DNA from: Nitrosopumilaceae archaeon
Lineage (GTDB): Archaea > Thermoproteota > Nitrososphaeria > Nitrososphaerales > Nitrosopumilaceae
Length of the DNA stretch: 64,000 bases
Assembly: GCA_965203465.1 (NCBI GenBank)
Contig: CBDBCR010000001.1
Span: forward strand, 672,001 to 736,000
Direction: 5' to 3'
This document shows, in pieces, positions 59,128 to 64,000 of the stretch. The position numbers and the translations under genes were made by a program. Under the pieces are notes generated by a model, which was not told the origin of the DNA, did not search any database, and worked only from the letters and a program-made list of their open reading frames with translations. The number at the start of each line of letters is the position of its first letter. The stretch's first letter is position 1.

Positions 59128-60274
59128 CTGCCAGGGAGTTCGTGGTGATAGAGTAGACTGCGTGGTGCTCGTTTTTAAAGTCGTGGTAGAACCCGCACAT
59201 GCGCTTCCATTTGATCACGGCCAGCGCCGCGTTGAGCGCGTTCAGGTCGGCCACCTGGATGTTGCTGGAATACTCGTCCCGCACGTCCTCTCCGAGCGGT
59301 ATTCTGTCCAGCGCGCGCGGGTTGTCCGGGGTGCAGGCGGTCACCCTACACGAGCCGGTAAGCGAACCGTCTACGTTTTCAATCCCCATCCCGACGTCGA
59401 TGAAACGCGCGCCGTTTTCCGCCAGGTGCGCGATTATTGTCTTGCGCGATCTGGCGTTGTCGACGCACAAAAACACAATGTCCATCGCGTCCAGATCCCC
59501 GACGTTGGACTCGTCTATGTGCTGCACGTGCTTGACGATGTTGCCGTGCATGCGGGAATAGACGGCGGCGAACCTGTCAGCCTTGGTCACCTCCTTGGAC
59601 AGCTCTTCTCCCGACGGCGCCCCCGGCGAGCGGAAGGCGTTGTGGTTGGAAAACACGTCTTGGTCGAAGATGTGGATCTCCTTGGCAGGCGTCTTGGCCA
59701 CCAGATCCAGAACGTACGAACCGGTGCCCCCGAGCCCCACGATGGCGACGCGCCACTCCCGGAGCTTGTCGTTGACCGACGCTATGCCGGCCCTGCCCGA
59801 GGCGGTGTCCGCGTAGCGGAAAATCTGCCTTTCCGGAGTAACGGCGCGGCCGTGCGCCGTGGCGCTTGCCCCCGGATCGACCGCCCTTGCCTCGTTTGAA
59901 ACAATGCCGACGTATTGCGTCATTTTGTGGTGGTGATCGCTGTAGCCCTCCGGTGGCTTCTGGGAGAACATGTAGCTGGCCCGCAGCCCCTCCCGGATCT
60001 GCTCGTCGCTGGCGCCGCCGCCTAGTCCGGACAGCTGGGAGCCGTGCGAATCGCACGGATGACCTCCCGCCCACAGCACGGTGTGATCGTTGGGCTCTAC
60101 GGCAGTACCCGTGATTTTTATAGACGATGCCAGCGTCCCGTACGCCACTTGCCCGCAGTCGTCGACGTACGGAACGCGCTCGATCACGAGGTGGGTACCT
60201 GAAAGATGCACGGCGTAGCCCTCGTCGCGGAGCCTTTGTAGATCCGAGTTAAGATTTATCAGCTCTGGTGACAT
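59087..60274 (-). CDS. DUF6791-like (E2-fold) + ThiF/E1 adenylyltransferase
   Basis: MSPELINLNSDLQRLRDEGY N-terminus; IVGLGGTGSY, HNAFRSPG, FLCVD, IQVADLNALNA. Start ATG 60274. Confidence 0.9.
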   Translation of the reverse strand: MSPELINLNSDLQRLRDEGYAVHLSGTHLVIERVPYVDDCGQVAYGTLASSIKITGTAVEPNDHTVLWAGGHPCDSHGSQLSGLGGGASDEQIREGLRASYMFSQKPPEGYSDHHHKMTQYVGIVSNEARAVDPGASATAHGRAVTPERQIFRYADTASGRAGIASVNDKLREWRVAIVGLGGTGSYVLDLVAKTPAKEIHIFDQDVFSNHNAFRSPGAPSGEELSKEVTKADRFAAVYSRMHGNIVKHVQHIDESNVGDLDAMDIVFLCVDNARSRKTIIAHLAENGARFIDVGMGIENVDGSLTGSCRVTACTPDNPRALDRIPLGEDVRDEYSSNIQVADLNALNAALAVIKWKRMCGFYHDFKNEHHAVYSITTNSLADDGKTRDNRASVC

Positions 60275-60494
60275 CGAATACCATCCCATTGCCGCAGGTA
60301 ACGCTCTGGTCGGCCACGAGAATCCCCTCCCGGCATCCCTCCGGGCCGCAGCTGTACGTGACGGTAAACATTTCGTCCGGGCCGTGCGGGGACGGAAAGG
60401 CCAATTCCACCACTTCTTCGTACTCGATCGCCCGGGTATGCAGAGTCTTCTTCTGCGCGTTGACGATTATCTCCAGATCGCATGATTCTGCCAT
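60249..60494 (-). CDS. Multi-ubiquitin-domain (Ubl) protein
   Basis: IIVNAQ...YEEVVELAF...FTVTY...GMVFDVTRADKS; AT-rich TATA region at ~60517-60527; overlaps the E1 gene. Confidence 0.88.
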   Translation of the reverse strand: MAESCDLEIIVNAQKKTLHTRAIEYEEVVELAFPSPHGPDEMFTVTYSCGPEGCREGILVADQSVTCGNGMVFDVTRADKS

Positions 60495-60697
60495 GGGGTA
60501 CAGTAAACGTCCGTGTTTATAATATTTGCGAGGCCGCTTTCCGCAAACCCGCCCGTCCTAGGCACGGCTCAGGCACGCGCCGCCCGCAGCTGGAGACGGG
60601 GGCGCGCCGGACTCCGGGCGGCCCGGCGCCGGCCGGGCCTGCGATCGGGCGCCGCCCTTTCGAGCGCCGGCAGATACCCGCCAGCCCCTTCGGGGCC

Positions 60698-62498
60698 AGC
60701 CTATTTTTCATGCGCGCCGCCTGCGCCCGGATCGGGCTCGAATTCTTTGGGCAGCCGGCCGATTATGCGCTCGGACTCTAGCCCTGCGTGCACCGCCCGT
60801 TCGATGACGGCCACGATGTCGGCGCCCGCGCACGGGTCGTTGCGGATGCCGCTGTCCCTGTCGATCCTGGCCCCGTACCTGGCCACTACCCATTCGAGCG
60901 GCGTGCGGCCGTCGACGCGGTACGTGGTCCGGGGGACGTTCTCGAACAGGACGGCGCCGTCTGCGCGCACCACGGAGGCGTCCCGCCGGTAGCCGCCTTT
61001 GGTCCTGCGCCTGCCGAACGAGAGCTTTGCGAAACCGCGCGGCGGCGACTTTGGCGTTCCGAGATCGTGCCTCTTGCAGGCCTCGAAGTTCAGGTGCAGG
61101 CGCGCCAGCCTTTGGCCCGCGTCTCTGAACGCCTCAAAGTCGGGCGCCATCGGGATGCGGGGCAGCTCGCGCGACAGGCTGCCGGCGAACTTTTCCCTGT
61201 AGCCTGCGTGGTGCAGCATGCCGTAGACGTAATGGAACACGTCCTTTTTGGACATCCGGCGGCCGTAAAAGCCCCGGTACTCGGACAGGATTCCGTCCGT
61301 CACGTTCTCTTTCCTGGATCCGCTCTCGTAGGCGTAGAGGGGGAAGCACAGGCCGTTGGAGACTAGCTGCATGTCCGGCGCGGCGCCCGTCGCGAGCGCC
61401 GAAAAGTCCCCGCCAATCCTGGAAACGCATATCGCGACGTTTTCCGAGCCGCCCCGCGGGAAGAACGACGGGATCTTCGACATGGCCGAAATAAAGACCC
61501 GGTCAAAGTAGGCGTACTGCCTGAAGAACGGCCGGTACTGCGCCGGCCTTATCTTCCCCCGATCGAGGCTCTGCTTTCCCAGCCTTCTTGACGCGGCCGA
61601 CAGGTCTTCCGACCACTTGCCCCGGCTCGGATCCGCTCCGGGCCCGCCGGGATCCCGCCCGTTGTAGTATTCTATGTGGCGCTCCATGTTTCTGGCGAGC
61701 TCTTTTCTGGAAGAGTTGTACACCCACGCGTCGCGGCGTGTCGCCATTCCGGGCGAATGCGCCTCGAAGATTCCGTCGCGCCGCCTTCCGGACTTTGCGT
61801 CGCTCCCCATGGGCGCGTATTTTCCGAATTCTTGGCCGCGCTGGTCCAGCCAGTCGTGGCGCGCGTCCGGCTTAATTATCCGCCAGCGTCCGATCCCGCC
61901 GACGGATCCTGCTTTCCCGACAGCGCCCAGTTTTGTTTTGGCAGGCAGCGAGTCCCCGATGTCCTTGTAGCGTATGGCGCGCTCTTGCCTTTGCGGGTTC
62001 TTTACGAGCAGAACGACCGCGACGGGGACGCGCGATCCGCTGCCGAACACGTTGCCGCCCTCCTTCTTTGAGGCCTCCCCGCGGGTTCTTCGGTTGCCCC
62101 GCAGATCGAGGCACCAGATCTCGTCGAATTCTTCTGCCAGGCAGGCCCTGATGCCCGAGCCCGTCTCGGACCTGATAAAGCTGGAGTTTGTGATGAACGC
62201 GACGATCCCGCGCTTTCCCACGCGGTCGCTGGCCCATCTGAGGGCCCTTGCGTAAGAGTCGTACAGCCATCTTGAGCCGCGCGTCTTGGTCTTTGCCCCG
62301 TACGTGCCCCTGATCCTTTCGTCGATTTTCGGATATTCGGCGCCCGGGTTTCCGCCGCCACGGGCGCCCCGGCCGCCGTACGGCGGGTTTCCTACCGCGA
62401 CGCAGATGCCGGATCGCGCCGCCCCTAATCGGGGGCCCATCTGGAGCTACTGCGCGCTCGCCTATTTTAGGCATGGCGGACAGATCCCGGCCGGTCGC
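60698..62498. repeat. Duplicated segment B2 (partner 37278-39077)
   Basis: Near-identical direct repeat. Confidence 0.95.
60701..62440 (-). CDS. N-terminally truncated Type ISP MTase-TRD protein, copy 2
   Basis: 579 aa; differs from 37280-39019 at roughly a dozen residues; same truncation point. Confidence 0.85.
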   Translation of the reverse strand: MGPRLGAARSGICVAVGNPPYGGRGARGGGNPGAEYPKIDERIRGTYGAKTKTRGSRWLYDSYARALRWASDRVGKRGIVAFITNSSFIRSETGSGIRACLAEEFDEIWCLDLRGNRRTRGEASKKEGGNVFGSGSRVPVAVVLLVKNPQRQERAIRYKDIGDSLPAKTKLGAVGKAGSVGGIGRWRIIKPDARHDWLDQRGQEFGKYAPMGSDAKSGRRRDGIFEAHSPGMATRRDAWVYNSSRKELARNMERHIEYYNGRDPGGPGADPSRGKWSEDLSAASRRLGKQSLDRGKIRPAQYRPFFRQYAYFDRVFISAMSKIPSFFPRGGSENVAICVSRIGGDFSALATGAAPDMQLVSNGLCFPLYAYESGSRKENVTDGILSEYRGFYGRRMSKKDVFHYVYGMLHHAGYREKFAGSLSRELPRIPMAPDFEAFRDAGQRLARLHLNFEACKRHDLGTPKSPPRGFAKLSFGRRRTKGGYRRDASVVRADGAVLFENVPRTTYRVDGRTPLEWVVARYGARIDRDSGIRNDPCAGADIVAVIERAVHAGLESERIIGRLPKEFEPDPGAGGAHEK

Positions 62499-62590
62499 GC
62501 GGCGCCCGAACCCGTGCAAGAGATCGAAGTCAAGACACAAACTCCGACGTGCCGTGCAGAACCTCGATTGGCGCACTTTACGCACGACTT

Positions 62591-63058
62591 CTAAAACCCT
62601 CTTCGGCGCCTTTCGTGTTCTCGGTGCATTTCATTCACTTTTTCTTCTAGCCTGCCGATTTTTTGTTTTAGTTCGTCAACGTCACCCTCTAAAGGCCGTG
62701 CCCAATTACTCTTCGCAAAAGTGCTCCCTCCTACCCCGAACAACCTTTCTTCGGTCTGTTTTAATTTTGCAAGCGTCTCTTGCACCTCGCGTCTAGTCCG
62801 CTCCACTTTTCGCTTAGTCCGCTCCAAATTATTCCTGTCTCTGCCGATCTGCACTTTCAGATCTTTCAAGTCGGAAGAAAACGTCCACAATAATCTAAGA
62901 CCCAAAAACAGGCCTAAGACCACCAACGGCGCACCTAGAATACTGCCATACAGGTCTAGCAGATCAGAACCAAGCAAAAACCCACCGCCTGCCAAAAAAA
63001 CATCCGCGGCCACAAATTCAGCAGTTTCGTGTTTTGTCTTGAGTATTCTTGCCTTCAA
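62591..63058 (-). CDS. Two-TM + coiled-coil protein
   Basis: Two hydrophobic segments followed by heptad-rich tail; TTTTTAAA box ~24 nt upstream; low GC. Confidence 0.7.
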   Translation of the reverse strand: MKARILKTKHETAEFVAADVFLAGGGFLLGSDLLDLYGSILGAPLVVLGLFLGLRLLWTFSSDLKDLKVQIGRDRNNLERTKRKVERTRREVQETLAKLKQTEERLFGVGGSTFAKSNWARPLEGDVDELKQKIGRLEEKVNEMHREHERRRRGF

Positions 63059-63588
63059 CTATTCAGAAAATAACGCCTTTGTTTAAAAAGCTTGTTTTTG
63101 AGTGGCTTTGACAATTCGTATTTTCGTGCATGCGCAGTTGGATCGGCCAAAAAACGGCTCTACCCAAGCACGGAGTGTAGAATTGACTAACAACGCCCCT
63201 TTGATCGGCTCTCCTACAACCCTTCCGCTCTAGGCCGACCTCCAGATCCGGTCTTTTTTTGAGCCCCGTGCAATGCGCCTTTCGCAGCAGCTACGGCGTG
63301 TGTAATATGGGATGCCTAGCGGAGCGGCGCCAAACTATATTGGGATGCGCGCAGTTTGTGGACCGGGAGGATTCTATGACGGGCAGATGCGGATTGCCAA
63401 ACTCTGCTTGCGCCGCAGCATGCACTAGCAAGACTCGGGGCATCGAACGGCGCCAGTCTTCTATAACACCACGCCAAAGCAATTTCCCTCTCGTACTTCG
63501 GGCGTAGGCTAGGGTGGAGGGAAATACATCTGAGTGGTGTTATAGATCTGCCCCACACATCACCAAAGTACCACGCTTGTCGCTTTTG

Positions 63589-63958
63589 CTAAAGATTCCA
63601 ACGTGGCTGAACTGTGGATAATTTTTCTCCCAACTTGTCCAGTATTTTTAGGATGCTGTCGTCTTCAATCCCGGCTTTGACGTCCGGTTTCAGATCGTCC
63701 AGCAAACCTCTGACTGTCTCTTCGACTTGGTCCATGCCATCAGCAGTAATGTCGGCAGGAAAAACATTGACGGATCCGTCGCCCACGTACTGCTTAGTTC
63801 CATTGATTAGGCCCTTGTCAACCAAATACTCTATATTCACATTCCTGTTTATCTCGTCCACACCGTCAAGTTTCTAGATTGTATGGTGGGTGTTTTCCGC
63901 TGAATTTGGCCCTGTAATATTGACACAAGATAGAAAACCGGATCCTGTCGTTGTTCAC
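63589..63958 (-). pseudogene. Winged-helix-like protein with a frameshift near 63870
   Basis: GTG 63958 below TATAAC reads MNNDRIRFSILCQYYRAKFSG... and stops; a second frame continues KLDGVDEINRNVNIEYLVDKGLI...ITADGMDQVE. Total 370 nt (3n+1). Confidence 0.6.
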
Positions 63959-64000
63959 GCCGTTTCTCCGCTACATGATGTTATATGCGTTACTGTAGGT

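Noticed and set aside
17422-60570. Recurring CGTGCCT(A) motif in intergenic regions
   Set aside because: A 7-mer of this composition is expected many times in 64 kb; only its occurrences within the MITE and the 60-bp repeat are supportable.
613-62585. Numerous long Arg/Gly/Pro-rich overlapping or antisense ORFs (e.g. 2647-3972, 14848-16170, 40101-41546, 46763-48472, 55926-57368)
   Set aside because: Shadow ORFs typical of high-GC coding DNA; they overlap motif-supported genes.
1-64000. tRNA, rRNA or att sites
   Set aside because: No cloverleaf or rRNA-like sequence was recognised by eye; element boundaries probably lie outside the window.

Overview
High-GC archaeal DNA, most likely a Nitrososphaerota (Cenarchaeum-like) genome. 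This is inferred from short or leaderless genes with TTTAAA/TTATA boxes about 22-27 nt upstream of ATG/GTG/TTG starts. The left ~5 kb looks like the backbone of an integrated conjugative element: an actin/ParM-like ATPase, a VirD4/TraD-like coupling ATPase with a C-terminal wHTH-nuclease module, an AbrB-type DNA-binding protein and helically phased iteron-like repeats. The rest is a dense defence island. It holds a ParB-like + PRTase + DNA methyltransferase cluster facing an IS5-disrupted nuclease, two STAND (Avs-like) ATPases with REase or TIR effectors, two DUF262/GmrSD-type nucleases, several HEPN-like proteins, SIR2, Schlafen/AlbA_2, GIY-YIG, a GHKL-zincin, a TcmP/DUF5131 pair, a Ubl-E1-DUF6527 ubiquitin-like operon and two near-identical truncated Type ISP MTase-TRD genes. 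There are also an intact IS5 with TIRs and TSD, a MITE, an IS66 remnant, a perfect 33 x 15-bp tandem repeat and an orphan degenerate type I-G-like CRISPR mini-array. The most unusual signals are two apparent HK97-fold capsid-derived proteins with no other virion genes (one standalone, one fused to a DUF2254 membrane protein), and two paralogous frames that bracket different ~5-kb cargo blocks. All family calls come from motif recognition by eye; no searches were run.
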